From a virus (lineage: Duplodnaviria > Caudoviricetes), in the IMG/VR virus record IMGVR_UViG_3300036797_000015, positions 9,826 to 73,825 of that record: a stretch of DNA of 64,000 nt; one strand, written 5' to 3'. Below are positions 16,992 through 26,391 of this stretch, piece after piece (the first letter of the stretch is position 1; every line of letters starts with the position of its first letter). The position numbers and the translations under genes were made by a program. Below the pieces are notes generated by a model. The model saw only the letters and a list, made by a program, of their open reading frames with translations, searched no databases and was not told the origin of the DNA.

Positions 16992-17313
16992 CGGCCCACC
17001 TTGGTGGGCGACGGTAGCCGTTCTTGGCCTAGTTGCTATGGCCTGGAAGTGGCTGCTAATACTCGTGTTTGTTCTGTGCTTCTTGTATGCTCTTGGTAAA
17101 CTGAATATGGCATACGAGGAACGCAAGCAAGCAAAGGCGTTTGAGTTAGAGAACTACAGACTCCACGCCGACCACGAAAATGAAATGTACCAGCGCTATG
17201 GCGACATCTATGGTGATTTTCCACCTGCTAGTCAGGTTTACCCGCCAGCTGGTCCGACCGGGACTGTGCCACTACCTAGGCCAGTCAACCCTGATATATA
17301 TGGAGGTTGGTAA
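16957..17313 (+). CDS. Membrane protein
   Basis: N-terminal hydrophobic segment(s), Pro-rich tail. Confidence 0.65.
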   Translation: MVPMRHTHYYPSGPPWWATVAVLGLVAMAWKWLLILVFVLCFLYALGKLNMAYEERKQAKAFELENYRLHADHENEMYQRYGDIYGDFPPASQVYPPAGPTGTVPLPRPVNPDIYGGW

Positions 17314-17720
17314 TGTCACATAGCATTGAGACGTATGAGCGCGAGGATGGTAAGCGCGGCTGGAGGATTGTGAGTGGCGGTGATGTCGTCGCTAACGATG
17401 CTGGCCAGGGCTACAATAACGAGCAGGACAGCTTGGATGCTCTGTTCGGTATGTTCTTTGGCGCATACGATGACAGCTTTCTGGAACTGTACCAGAAGTG
17501 GCAGAGCTACGCTGGTGAGAAGCCACCAGGTTCAGAGACAGGCCCGAACGTCTGGATCCAGGATGGCTCAGCGAAGCCACCTGAGGCACGCGATGCGGAT
17601 GCGCCTAACTACGAGTCTGAGACAACCGATATGGCAGAACGTACAAGCGCTGAGCGTGATGCTGAATTTGAGGCGGGGGCAGCCTTGGGTGCAAAGGTGG
17701 AGAACCAGAATGAGCAATAA
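17313..17720 (+). CDS. DUF1508/YegP-like protein with acidic tail
   Basis: YEREDGKRGWRIVSGGDVVANDAGQGYNNEQD. Confidence 0.6.
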   Translation: MSHSIETYEREDGKRGWRIVSGGDVVANDAGQGYNNEQDSLDALFGMFFGAYDDSFLELYQKWQSYAGEKPPGSETGPNVWIQDGSAKPPEARDADAPNYESETTDMAERTSAERDAEFEAGAALGAKVENQNEQ

Positions 17721-17928
17721 GGCAGAGGCGAGTGCATCAGCTTCAGGCGGAATTGGTGTCGTGGGCCTTCTTGGTGTGGCTTTTGTGGTCCTTAAGCTAG
17801 CGCACATAATCGATTGGTCTTGGGTGTGGGTGTTGGCCCCATTCTGGATTGGTGCGGTAGCCGGATTCTTTGTGCTGCTCATGGTCGTTGTGTTTATTTT
17901 GGTGAAAGCTTTTAAGGAAGTGAAGTGA
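17710..17928 (+). CDS. Small two-TM membrane protein
   Basis: GIGVVGLLGVAFVVLKL..IDWSWVWVLAPFW, a common phage family. Confidence 0.8.
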   Translation: MSNKAEASASASGGIGVVGLLGVAFVVLKLAHIIDWSWVWVLAPFWIGAVAGFFVLLMVVVFILVKAFKEVK

Positions 17929-18140
17929 AGAACTTTGACCAGATCAGAACCCGTGAAGCAATTAACATTGCTGTAACCGTAGACATTCCGGGGACAACCT
18001 TCACCAGGAGTATATCTGTTGCTCCTGACGTTGGTGAACTTGTATCTGATGTATTGAAGATAGCCCTGACAGAGTTGTGCGGGCAAGCAGTCGGTATCGT
18101 GCGAGCGGTAAGTGATGAGGTGAGAAATGCCAATGACTGA
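17925..18140 (+). CDS. Hypothetical protein
   Basis: GTGA coupling. Confidence 0.6.
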   Translation: MKNFDQIRTREAINIAVTVDIPGTTFTRSISVAPDVGELVSDVLKIALTELCGQAVGIVRAVSDEVRNAND

Positions 18141-18354
18141 TGAGGAGTTTGCTAGGGAACGCAGCAAGCGTAGGCATCCTGCCTATCTTGTGCCCAAGCA
18201 GCAGGAACTCAGAGAGAAGGGTTTGTGTGCCAGCCACGACGGCAATGGTAACCTGTGTACCAGACGCGCTAACCACCCCAAGGAAGTGATGCACGCTGAG
18301 CAGGTTATCGGCGGCGTGGATGATGGCCTGACTACAGCAGAGTGGCCATGGTAG
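18127..18354 (+). CDS. Hypothetical protein (C..C..H..H)
   Basis: Coupled ORF. Confidence 0.6.
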   Translation: MPMTDEEFARERSKRRHPAYLVPKQQELREKGLCASHDGNGNLCTRRANHPKEVMHAEQVIGGVDDGLTTAEWPW

Positions 18355-18668
18355 ATGACAACCCAGGCTATGATCCTATGGAGATTGTAGAGGCCGAACT
18401 TGACTGGGAAGTTGGCGACGACGGTAGCCTTATCGAGCTTAGCAGTGGGCTTAGGCATTACTACATATCTGAACATACTCGACCCATACTCGACGTCTGC
18501 TCAGTGGACGGAAGTGGGTTGGCTAGCCGCGAGTGCCGGGACTTACGCCACGCTTTCGATATTGCGGAAGCCTTTGAGCGCGAAGCTAAAAGAAATATCA
18601 GACGAGGTTGTACCTGGCACGGTAAGCAAATCGACGCCCAAGGACTCGCAGTTTCAGGCTTACATTAA
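18348..18668 (+). CDS. Hypothetical protein
   Basis: Short overlap with upstream stop. Confidence 0.55.
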   Translation: MVDDNPGYDPMEIVEAELDWEVGDDGSLIELSSGLRHYYISEHTRPILDVCSVDGSGLASRECRDLRHAFDIAEAFEREAKRNIRRGCTWHGKQIDAQGLAVSGLH

Positions 18669-18705
18669 AAGCCACAACGCTTGGGCCAAGGAAGTTAATG
18701 GGTAC

Positions 18706-19227
18706 ATGGTGCCAGATAACGAGTCAAAGGCGTATTGCTTAGGTTGTGACAGAGTCGTCAACGAGATATTGATGGCTTGGTGCGACTGGAACAAATCTGG
18801 TATTGTAGATGACTATCTGTGCGTCGACTGCCGCAAGGATCCACTAGAGGTTCTGCGGGAAGCTGATGAAGAAGCCCAGATAAAGCGTCTAGCCGAGCGA
18901 CGTGCGCAACATATGGAAGCGGTACGTGAAGCCGGGTACGAGAGGGTAGAGAGTAAGCCCGAGCTATGGTCAAATGGCGAGGTAACGCGCAGATTCGCAG
19001 ATCTACAGGTAGGCGTTGAGTACCCGCAAACTACGCCTGCGTATGATGCTTATATAGAGCGCAGGAGGCAACAGCGAGAATGGCGTCGTGCGCACTCTGA
19101 TAATGTAGACAAGAGCTACATACTGGTAGATGGCACGCGTATGGTGAAAGTGCTAGAGCAAGATGGCAAGGTAAGATATGTTAGACCGGCAGTAGACGAT
19201 ATGGAACCACCGGAGGTATATACATAA
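18706..19227 (+). CDS. Hypothetical zinc-ribbon protein
   Basis: AAGGAAG RBS; CLGC..CVDC; start trimmed from track ORF 18400. Confidence 0.65.
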   Translation: MVPDNESKAYCLGCDRVVNEILMAWCDWNKSGIVDDYLCVDCRKDPLEVLREADEEAQIKRLAERRAQHMEAVREAGYERVESKPELWSNGEVTRRFADLQVGVEYPQTTPAYDAYIERRRQQREWRRAHSDNVDKSYILVDGTRMVKVLEQDGKVRYVRPAVDDMEPPEVYT

Positions 19228-19562
19228 TGACTGACGCTTGGGCAAACTTTGGTAAGCACAAACACCGGCCCACTGTTGAGGATGGTAGGCGAGTCTGTAT
19301 GGACTGCCACCAAGTACTCATTGACCCGATACTGACTGCGGACGACCCACGCATTCCAGAGGTCAAGCCGCTACCATGGCAGGAAGATGGGTTTAACCCG
19401 CCACTGCCGTATGTGTTGGTAGAAATGTATGAGCGCAACCTAATGCCAGCAGCGCCATACATTGAAGTTGTATCTGCTTGCGAGCACCCCAGTAACATCA
19501 ACGAATGGCTATGGGTATTCTATGACCTTGGCCAAGGCAAGAAGGTGGGCGCTGATGACTGA
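19227..19562 (+). CDS. Hypothetical protein
   Basis: TAATG coupling. Confidence 0.65.
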   Translation: MTDAWANFGKHKHRPTVEDGRRVCMDCHQVLIDPILTADDPRIPEVKPLPWQEDGFNPPLPYVLVEMYERNLMPAAPYIEVVSACEHPSNINEWLWVFYDLGQGKKVGADD

Positions 19563-20244
19563 TGAACGCCTGGGCATGTTCGATGGCTTTAAGCCTGTAG
19601 GCAAGATATCTGATAGCAAGGAAACACTACAAGAGTTTGTGGCTGACCTACAAGCAAAGTACCCAGACATACAGTACAAGATAACGCCACAACAAGAGGA
19701 ATTGGTTAAGCGGTTCCAGGAACTCAAAGAGACCAGTGGCGGTGGGATAACATACCCAAGTCTGGGCATACAGCAGCGCAAGATCACCGTTGATATGCCA
19801 AACATTAGTGAGGAACTGGCCGAGATAATCTTTGGCAGCAAAGTCATTGACCCAGAACCTGAGATGGTACACATATACATGAGACCAGGTATCGAAACTG
19901 TACGCAGTTGCTTCATTGGCGGCCCAAATGATGGTAAGCTAATCGTGGTGCCGCGTGGGCAATTTACTATTGAGTATAATGTACCAGAACCAGCAGACAT
20001 AGACTTTAACGTGCCTCGTGGTGATGAAAAACTACAGCCTGTATTTGACAAGATACGTGTTAGCAGGCACACTTACCATGCTACGTCGCTGTGTTTGGGT
20101 AGCACCGCAGAAGAGTTTATTGTATTTGTACACGAGAGCATCAGGGAACTGGGTGAGGGGCTAGCAGAACGGGCTATAAAGATCTTGACTTGGCACGAAC
20201 GCCACAAGTCCAAGGAGGAAGAACTTGAAGACTGGGATTGGTAA
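19555..20244 (+). CDS. Hypothetical protein
   Basis: Coupled ORF; FIGGPNDG motif common in actinophage proteins. Confidence 0.65.
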   Translation: MTDERLGMFDGFKPVGKISDSKETLQEFVADLQAKYPDIQYKITPQQEELVKRFQELKETSGGGITYPSLGIQQRKITVDMPNISEELAEIIFGSKVIDPEPEMVHIYMRPGIETVRSCFIGGPNDGKLIVVPRGQFTIEYNVPEPADIDFNVPRGDEKLQPVFDKIRVSRHTYHATSLCLGSTAEEFIVFVHESIRELGEGLAERAIKILTWHERHKSKEEELEDWDW

Positions 20245-20479
20245 ACTTCGTGAATGGTTTAACACGCTATGTGCTTGGGGCAAACCCACGCCCATTGAGT
20301 GGCTAAACTTTGTAGCAAGTAGCAAGATACTATTTCATGGGTATCGCGTGGATGTGTATGGGCCTGACATGATATATGTGAAAGTGCCTGATATGCAAGA
20401 GCTTATTGAGAGCCTTGAGCACGCAGCAGAAGCATTCGGTGTAATGGTAAAACAACAGATTGAGGAGTGGGATTACTGA
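20225..20479 (+). CDS. Hypothetical protein
   Basis: Coupled ORF. Confidence 0.55.
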   Translation: MKTGIGKLREWFNTLCAWGKPTPIEWLNFVASSKILFHGYRVDVYGPDMIYVKVPDMQELIESLEHAAEAFGVMVKQQIEEWDY

Positions 20480-20883
20480 TGGCTGGTAAAGGCAATGAGG
20501 TTTGGCTTGTGTTCCTGGAGCCAGGCGAGGTGGAGGGCCAGAAGGCATACCGAACCACCGCGGCCGCATTTGACCCAGAGACAAACCAGATAAGACCTTG
20601 CCAGCAATCTGAGGTATCTGAGGATCTGGGCGTACACATTGATAATGTCTCGACTGACATCAATGAAATGGCCCGAACCATTATGCGCGATGTGGGCTTG
20701 AAGTTTAAGGCAGGCGAACCCAAAGTGGGGATCTTTGTGGATTTGCTTTTAGGCGTAGGCAATCTGCCAGCGGCGGTAACCCTGAATATGCTAGCGGTAC
20801 TGTTATTCGAGGCTACCAGGGAAGCTATGGAAGATGATGGATTCCTTGCCAGCTTGGGAGAGATTGACCCAAATATGAACTAG
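20479..20883 (+). CDS. Hypothetical protein
   Basis: TGATG coupling. Confidence 0.65.
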   Translation: MAGKGNEVWLVFLEPGEVEGQKAYRTTAAAFDPETNQIRPCQQSEVSEDLGVHIDNVSTDINEMARTIMRDVGLKFKAGEPKVGIFVDLLLGVGNLPAAVTLNMLAVLLFEATREAMEDDGFLASLGEIDPNMN

Positions 20884-20895
20884 CCCTTACCGGCG

Positions 20896-20901
20896 TATAA
20901 T
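20896..20901 (+). promoter_or_regulatory. Candidate -10 element (TATAAT) for the primase-helicase gene
   Basis: Perfect TATAAT in a 56-nt gap; no properly spaced -35. Confidence 0.5.
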
Positions 20902-20939
20902 TATAACTTCCTGTTTACCTTGGCGAGATTGGCGCATCA

Positions 20940-23615
20940 ATGGTAGATGCCTTCAGGCACGCAGCTACAATGTATCGTGAAGCTGGTTGGCTGGGAACGC
21001 TACCATTACCAGAGGGGCAGAAGGATGCCCCACCGAGAGGTTACACTGGTAATGGCAGGCCATACCCAACTGACCTAGAAGTACAACGCTGGATTAAATA
21101 TGGCCACCCAGAGATGGATGAGACTGAGGCCAACATAGCACTGCGCTTGGCAGATGTACCTGGGTATGTACCACCAGGTTGCCCGCCAGTTGGCTATGAA
21201 TTGATGGCACTGGACGTAGACGACTATGGGGAGAAACATGGCGCAGATACCTTGCGGAAGCTGGAGCAGCAATATGGAGAGCTACCCACTACGCTGCGTA
21301 GTTCCAGCAGATGGGCTAGCAGCAGTGTATCTGCACACTATCTGTTTCTGGTGCCCGCTGGGCTACGATTTCTGGGTAAAGCAGGACCAGGAATTGAGAT
21401 CATCCAGAAAGGGCACCGCTACATAGTTGCGTGGCCGAGTACCAATCCTGACTTTAATAATGAGGTATATCGGTGGAGGTACGGTGACCGAGATTATGAT
21501 GGCATACCGGCCCTGGATGATGTAGCCGTACTACCGGACCCCTGGATCGACTACCTAACGTGTAACCGCCGTGTGGCGATTGATGTAGCCGTCAGCGATC
21601 TTGATGGCGACGAGCTAATGCGTTGGGCAATGCGCACTTTCAATGATAGTAAGGGTGATATGTGCCCTTTTGTTCAGCGTCGTCTGGCTGACCATATTGG
21701 TCGACTGGAGATAGCTGAGCAGGCGCATGACTCAATGATCGACGCGCACTGGAACTTGATCAACCTAGGGCCAGAGGGGCATAGTGGTTGGTTGACTGCG
21801 GTAAATGCTTACAACGAGGCGTGGCGTGAGTTTGCTTCTGCTAAACGTGACGACCCAATGGGCATTAACAGTGAGATCAGAAGAAGCATCTTTGGTACTG
21901 TTAGCAAACTGAAGCCCAAGTTTGAAGAGCTTGGCGGGTATCTGGTTGAGGATCAATGTGACGCAGCAGATACTGAGTTGCCTACGGATAATTGGGAATC
22001 TGATTGGCTACACATCGATGATCCAGATGGATTGATAGCAGCAGGTGATTATGGTGGGCTCGGTAATGTAGTTGGCAAGATGTCAAAGGCAGATACGGAG
22101 CCAGAGAAGTATGAGCATAACGATTGGGGCAATGGCAAGCATCTAATTGATATCTATGGTGACAATATCAAATATGTTACAACACGTAAGTCGTGGGTGC
22201 TATGGGATGGTGAGCGTTGGCATCGTGATAATGAAAACAACCACCTGATAGGTCTTGCCTTTGATGTAGTGAAACGCAGGCAGATAGCATATGCGAACAA
22301 TCTGCCAATCAGCGATGATAAAGCTGATATAGCATACAAGCGTATGTGTGCTATATGGGGGAAGAAGTCTGGTAATGATACGCAAGTGACAAATGCGTTG
22401 AAGATGGCCAGACGTATGTATGTAACAGATAATGAATCCGTAGCATTGAATGGTAACATATTTGACAGTAGACCTGACTTGCTTGGCTGTGAGAATGGCA
22501 TACTGGAATTATCAGCAGAGCCAGTGCTCAGGCAGCCACGCAAGGATGATTATGTAACATACAATACCAAGGTGCCATATTATCCGTGGGACTCTGAGCA
22601 TACAGATCAGTATGGACTAACTGAAAGCTATAAACTCTGGCAAGAGTATCTCAAGAAGTTCTTGCCCGATGCGAATATGCGTAAGTTTGTCCAAAAGGTA
22701 TTGGGCCATTGTTTGATCGGTGAGAACCCAGAGAAGCTGATCATATTCATATTGGGCGAGCATGATACGGGCAAGAGCACTTTGCTTGGTGGTATACGTG
22801 GAGCGTTGGGTGACTACTATGGCACCATCGACGTACACCTGTTCCGCAATAAGGATTTGAATCCAGGCTTGATTCGCGCTGTACCACTACGTGTAACTGG
22901 TATGTCTGAGATTGATAGCCAACGCCTTGATGGTAGCATAGTCAAACGCTTGACAGGCAATGATACTGTAACTGCTGAAGCCAAGTATAGTAATGATATC
23001 TTTGAGGGCAGACCGCAGTTCACCACTTTGATAGCGTGTAACTCTGAACCTGAGATAGCAGGAGCAGATGAGGCATTACGTGAGCGCGTTCTGGTGCTAC
23101 CATTTGAGACGCAGATACCAAGAGCAGATAAAGATTACAATCGTCAGGCTGCCATCGAACGTGACTCTGGCCCAGCTGTATTAGCATGGTTGGTTGAGGG
23201 TTGGAAAATGTACTGTGCTGAAGGTTTGCGCAGACGAGATTGGCCCGCTAGGGTGCGCAGATTCAGCGGCGAAGCAGTCAGCAATTTCAATGGCTCTTTG
23301 ACGTTTATACACGAGCACGTTGAGAAGTACCGTGATTGTAAGGAAGGCGTGGAAGCGCACAAGTTAGCGTTGCGCCGCGCAGCGGCAGCAGGTAGGCAAG
23401 CGCCTAATGCCACTGACTGGCCAGATGATTGGGTGTTACCATCTGGTATGCTGTATGACACTTACAGGCGTTGGGCAACCAATGCTAATATGCCTGTGGT
23501 GAGCTCAATACAGTTCGGGAAAGATCTGGGTGTGGGCAAAGCAGAGAATAGGCACTATGGAGGCAGCAGTCCAAGGTGCTACAAAGGCGTTAGAAGGCGT
23601 GATGCAGACGATTAG
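20940..23615 (+). CDS. Bifunctional primase-polymerase fused to D5-like SF3 helicase
   Basis: LPLPEGQKDAP, ALDVDD, H-x-L-F prim-pol motifs; WDGERW D5_N; GEHDTGKST Walker A. Confidence 0.9.
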   Translation: MVDAFRHAATMYREAGWLGTLPLPEGQKDAPPRGYTGNGRPYPTDLEVQRWIKYGHPEMDETEANIALRLADVPGYVPPGCPPVGYELMALDVDDYGEKHGADTLRKLEQQYGELPTTLRSSSRWASSSVSAHYLFLVPAGLRFLGKAGPGIEIIQKGHRYIVAWPSTNPDFNNEVYRWRYGDRDYDGIPALDDVAVLPDPWIDYLTCNRRVAIDVAVSDLDGDELMRWAMRTFNDSKGDMCPFVQRRLADHIGRLEIAEQAHDSMIDAHWNLINLGPEGHSGWLTAVNAYNEAWREFASAKRDDPMGINSEIRRSIFGTVSKLKPKFEELGGYLVEDQCDAADTELPTDNWESDWLHIDDPDGLIAAGDYGGLGNVVGKMSKADTEPEKYEHNDWGNGKHLIDIYGDNIKYVTTRKSWVLWDGERWHRDNENNHLIGLAFDVVKRRQIAYANNLPISDDKADIAYKRMCAIWGKKSGNDTQVTNALKMARRMYVTDNESVALNGNIFDSRPDLLGCENGILELSAEPVLRQPRKDDYVTYNTKVPYYPWDSEHTDQYGLTESYKLWQEYLKKFLPDANMRKFVQKVLGHCLIGENPEKLIIFILGEHDTGKSTLLGGIRGALGDYYGTIDVHLFRNKDLNPGLIRAVPLRVTGMSEIDSQRLDGSIVKRLTGNDTVTAEAKYSNDIFEGRPQFTTLIACNSEPEIAGADEALRERVLVLPFETQIPRADKDYNRQAAIERDSGPAVLAWLVEGWKMYCAEGLRRRDWPARVRRFSGEAVSNFNGSLTFIHEHVEKYRDCKEGVEAHKLALRRAAAAGRQAPNATDWPDDWVLPSGMLYDTYRRWATNANMPVVSSIQFGKDLGVGKAENRHYGGSSPRCYKGVRRRDADD

Positions 23616-23900
23616 CATTACCCATCTATGTATGGACGAGTATGTATTACCCATTGGGGTAAGGCCTGAATTGCCTGGTAGATGTGGGTTTTGGGGCGAA
23701 ATATTACCACCTTACCCATTACTTGATAGTCAGGCCCCTATATGTGCTTAGGGAGGATGACTAAATATACGATGGGCTAAGTTATGTTACGTTACGTATT
23801 AATCTGATTGGTAATAGGTAATGGGTAAGGAATATATAGAATGACCAGGGACTACACCATATTACCGTTTTTGAATATGAGTAATAGAAAGTGGTTTACC
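23616..23900. repeat. AT-rich non-coding region with TTACC/GGTAA repeats; putative replication origin
   Basis: 13-bp inverted repeat CCTTACCCATTAC (23710-23722) / GTAATGGGTAAGG (23818-23830), plus ATTACCCAT copies at about 23617 and 23646. Confidence 0.6.
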
Positions 23901-24032
23901 AGGAGTTTCAGCGCATTACTGGTTGGTTACCGCCAAATACCGCAAAGGTATCGGCAAGTAAATGCGTTTTTGGGACTCATGTGGGCACGCTTCGCCCCCG
24001 CGAGGATTCTGAATCTGGCGTACCATACTCGT

Positions 24033-24386
24033 ATGCCGCGTAATCCGCATACATACTACAGAGACCAATCTGCGTCTGACAATTGGGAGTCTGAGTTTGG
24101 CTTTGGTGTTGGCAGGTTCCCAGACCCCAGCATCGACTTCAGCGCTGGCGGGTCAAAGTCACGCATCCCCATTGCTGACCCTGATGTACCTGCGCAGCTG
24201 CTCAGATTGGCAGCAGGTAGGCGCACGGATCTGAGTGATGCTAATGCTACAGATCCGGCTGACATTTTCGTGGCTGGCAACCCAGACCGCTATGGTGCTC
24301 AACCACCACTCGTCCGCGAGCGCCGCAGGCCTAAGCGACCCAAGCGTGACCCGCAGTATCCAGCGAGGATGGTCAGGGAGTGGTGA
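24033..24386 (+). CDS. Hypothetical protein
   Basis: Start trimmed to ATG 24033; TACCAT 6 nt upstream may be a leaderless -10. Confidence 0.55.
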   Translation: MPRNPHTYYRDQSASDNWESEFGFGVGRFPDPSIDFSAGGSKSRIPIADPDVPAQLLRLAAGRRTDLSDANATDPADIFVAGNPDRYGAQPPLVRERRRPKRPKRDPQYPARMVREW

Positions 24387-24388
24387 AT

Positions 24389-24556
24389 ATGGCAACCACA
24401 AAACTCTGTATCAAGTGTTTCCATAAGCACTTTGGCGAGCATGCCAAACTCAAAGTGCTTACGTGGAGTCGAGCGTGTTGGGACTGTGGTGTACCAACGC
24501 CACGCTTGAGTACATTGATCAAAGCTGACATTATCGCAGATATGGCCAAAGCATAA
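24389..24556 (+). CDS. 55-aa zinc-ribbon protein
   Basis: CIKC..CWDC; TAATG coupling; not in the ORF track. Confidence 0.55.
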   Translation: MATTKLCIKCFHKHFGEHAKLKVLTWSRACWDCGVPTPRLSTLIKADIIADMAKA

Positions 24557-24696
24557 TGGGACAGACCAGAATGGACCTCGCGCGTAGAGCGCACGTATGT
24601 GAGCTACCACCAGACGCACATAACGGTCTTGCTTGGAAGTGTCCACAAGCGTTCTGTATGCGTACGTGGTATTGGAATGGGGTACAATGGGTATGA
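24556..24696 (+). CDS. 46-aa Cys/Trp-rich protein
   Basis: Coupled at both ends; not in the ORF track. Confidence 0.5.
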   Translation: MGQTRMDLARRAHVCELPPDAHNGLAWKCPQAFCMRTWYWNGVQWV

Positions 24697-24884
24697 AGGT
24701 TTGGGGATGTATATACTGCTTGAAGGCAGGCACCAAATTCACTGTACCACGTTCGCTCCAAGGATACAATGATCTGTCACGCCACTACGCGCACGAGCAT
24801 CCTGGGCGTGTTACTCGTGGCAAGATCACGCTGACGCCCGAAACTGTAGAGCAGGTTACATCGCAGAAGTATGGTGCTACATGA
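24693..24884 (+). CDS. Small C2H2-like protein
   Basis: CIYC...HYAHEH; ATGA coupling. Confidence 0.6.
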   Translation: MKVWGCIYCLKAGTKFTVPRSLQGYNDLSRHYAHEHPGRVTRGKITLTPETVEQVTSQKYGAT

Positions 24885-25009
24885 TGTGGGCACAGGTATG
24901 GGACCATCCTGTAGTCAAGGATATGTGTAGGCCAAGGCGTGCTTATCGTGGCCCACGTAGACCATGGGCATACAAGACATGGAACAAAGTCAAGTGGGAT
25001 CTGCCGTGA
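24881..25009 (+). CDS. 42-aa basic Trp-rich protein
   Basis: ATGA and GTGA coupling at both ends. Confidence 0.45.
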   Translation: MMWAQVWDHPVVKDMCRPRRAYRGPRRPWAYKTWNKVKWDLP

Positions 25010-26034
25010 CACTTAAACCATTCTTCCAGCAGGCCCAGCAGGAATATGAGCGTAAGCAGGAGCTTGCCAAATTGACGCGCCAACAGGCGTTCGATCGTGG
25101 CCTGATTACAGTACAGGACCTGGACGACGAGGAACTGCGCGCAGGTAGGTGTCGCGACGAACTTGGCAGGATACCACGTAACAAGAACAAGACCGAACCT
25201 GTACCACGCGACATACACGACGAGATCATCGCTGAGCACGAAGCACGCTGGAACCAGAACCTGCGTGAGAAGCTAGACACAATGACAGAGGTCATCGCTG
25301 GAGTGGCCCTGGATGATACAGCTGAACCACGTGACAGGATGGAAGCTGCTAAGTGGATCATTGAGCGCGTGGCGGGTAAAGCACCAGAGCGCGTAAATGT
25401 TACTGTTAACAAACTCCCGTGGGAAGAGATGATCCATGGTATCGCCAAACGTACCAAAGCGGAACACGATGCGCTCAAGGCTGGCACTATCGATGCGGAA
25501 GTGGTGGATGTACCTACTGGCGAAAGTGGGCCTGGAGGACTACAAGGGCCAGACGAGTTTGTACAACAAGAAGCACAAGTAGCTGGTGAATCTGATGGAC
25601 CCAACGGATCTGGTGGAGTGCCCAGATATGAGTTTGACCCCACTGATGGACCAGTGGATGATTATGTTCCCCCTGCGCACATCTACACGCAGGAAGTGCG
25701 TTACCCACACGCACCTCCGGCACCATCACAGCAGGTACCAGCAAACTCAATGTCGATAGCGCCTGGACCGCAGATTGAGCGCCCAGAGACTTGGCCCGAT
25801 GAAGGCACGAGTATGTCATGGGACGAGATTGATAGCAAGATCAGGGAACGTGCTGAGGGCCGCAAGCAAAAAGACGACATCCGCAAGCAGGCCAAGAAGC
25901 GCAGAATTGTCAAGCGCACATTAGGCTATGACGCTATCCCTAACAATCTAACAGTGGCAGCCAACGAACATGAACAAGACAACGGTCGCATCAAAGTCAC
26001 ATTCGACTTACAAAAGCGCGACGACGACGTGTGA
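25006..26034 (+). CDS. Putative terminase small subunit with long acidic/Pro-rich extension
   Basis: ITVQDLDDEELRAGRCRD, DRMEAAKWIIERVAGK; upstream of TerL. Confidence 0.6.
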   Translation: MTLKPFFQQAQQEYERKQELAKLTRQQAFDRGLITVQDLDDEELRAGRCRDELGRIPRNKNKTEPVPRDIHDEIIAEHEARWNQNLREKLDTMTEVIAGVALDDTAEPRDRMEAAKWIIERVAGKAPERVNVTVNKLPWEEMIHGIAKRTKAEHDALKAGTIDAEVVDVPTGESGPGGLQGPDEFVQQEAQVAGESDGPNGSGGVPRYEFDPTDGPVDDYVPPAHIYTQEVRYPHAPPAPSQQVPANSMSIAPGPQIERPETWPDEGTSMSWDEIDSKIRERAEGRKQKDDIRKQAKKRRIVKRTLGYDAIPNNLTVAANEHEQDNGRIKVTFDLQKRDDDV

Positions 26035-26073
26035 GATATACTCAAGTTGTGCGCATCGGCCAAGGTACCGCAC

Positions 26074-26128
26074 TCAGCTGCCCGACCTGGTTAGTGTTTC
26101 CCCGGTCCACGCCGGGTCGGGCGGCTGA
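26074..26128 (+). other. 17-bp intergenic RNA hairpin with two G-U pairs
   Basis: TCAGCTGCCCGACCTGG / CCGGGTCGGGCGGCTGA, 21-nt loop, no U-tract. Confidence 0.6.
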
Positions 26129-26186
26129 CCCAATAACTTAACATTGCCTGCGACACTGGTAAGTGGCGCGCTCCCAACGAGTTAGG

Positions 26187-26378
26187 ATGAAGCAAATGGC
26201 AAAGTGGCAGACTACGCCACGGAAGGCTCTACAGCCCATTCCGCGTGTGGTAGATAACACGGATCTGATTGGTATTCGCCAGTGGATCCTTCAGGCCAGC
26301 AGAGTGCCGATCCGCAGTCAGGATATGCCTGGTGGACCTGGTACATTCTCGCCTTATGGCAACACGAACTTCCGCTAG
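26187..26378 (+). CDS. Small basic hypothetical protein
   Basis: TAGG upstream; MKQMAKWQTTPRK... Confidence 0.55.
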   Translation: MKQMAKWQTTPRKALQPIPRVVDNTDLIGIRQWILQASRVPIRSQDMPGGPGTFSPYGNTNFR

Positions 26379-26391
26379 GTCTGGCACCAAT

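Noticed and set aside
18400-18705. N-terminal extension of ORF 18400..19227
   Set aside because: Overlaps ORF 18348-18668 extensively; a better RBS precedes ATG 18706.
23841-24032. Coding N-terminus of ORF 23841..24386
   Set aside because: Lies in the AT-rich repeat region with atypical composition; ATG 24033 preferred.
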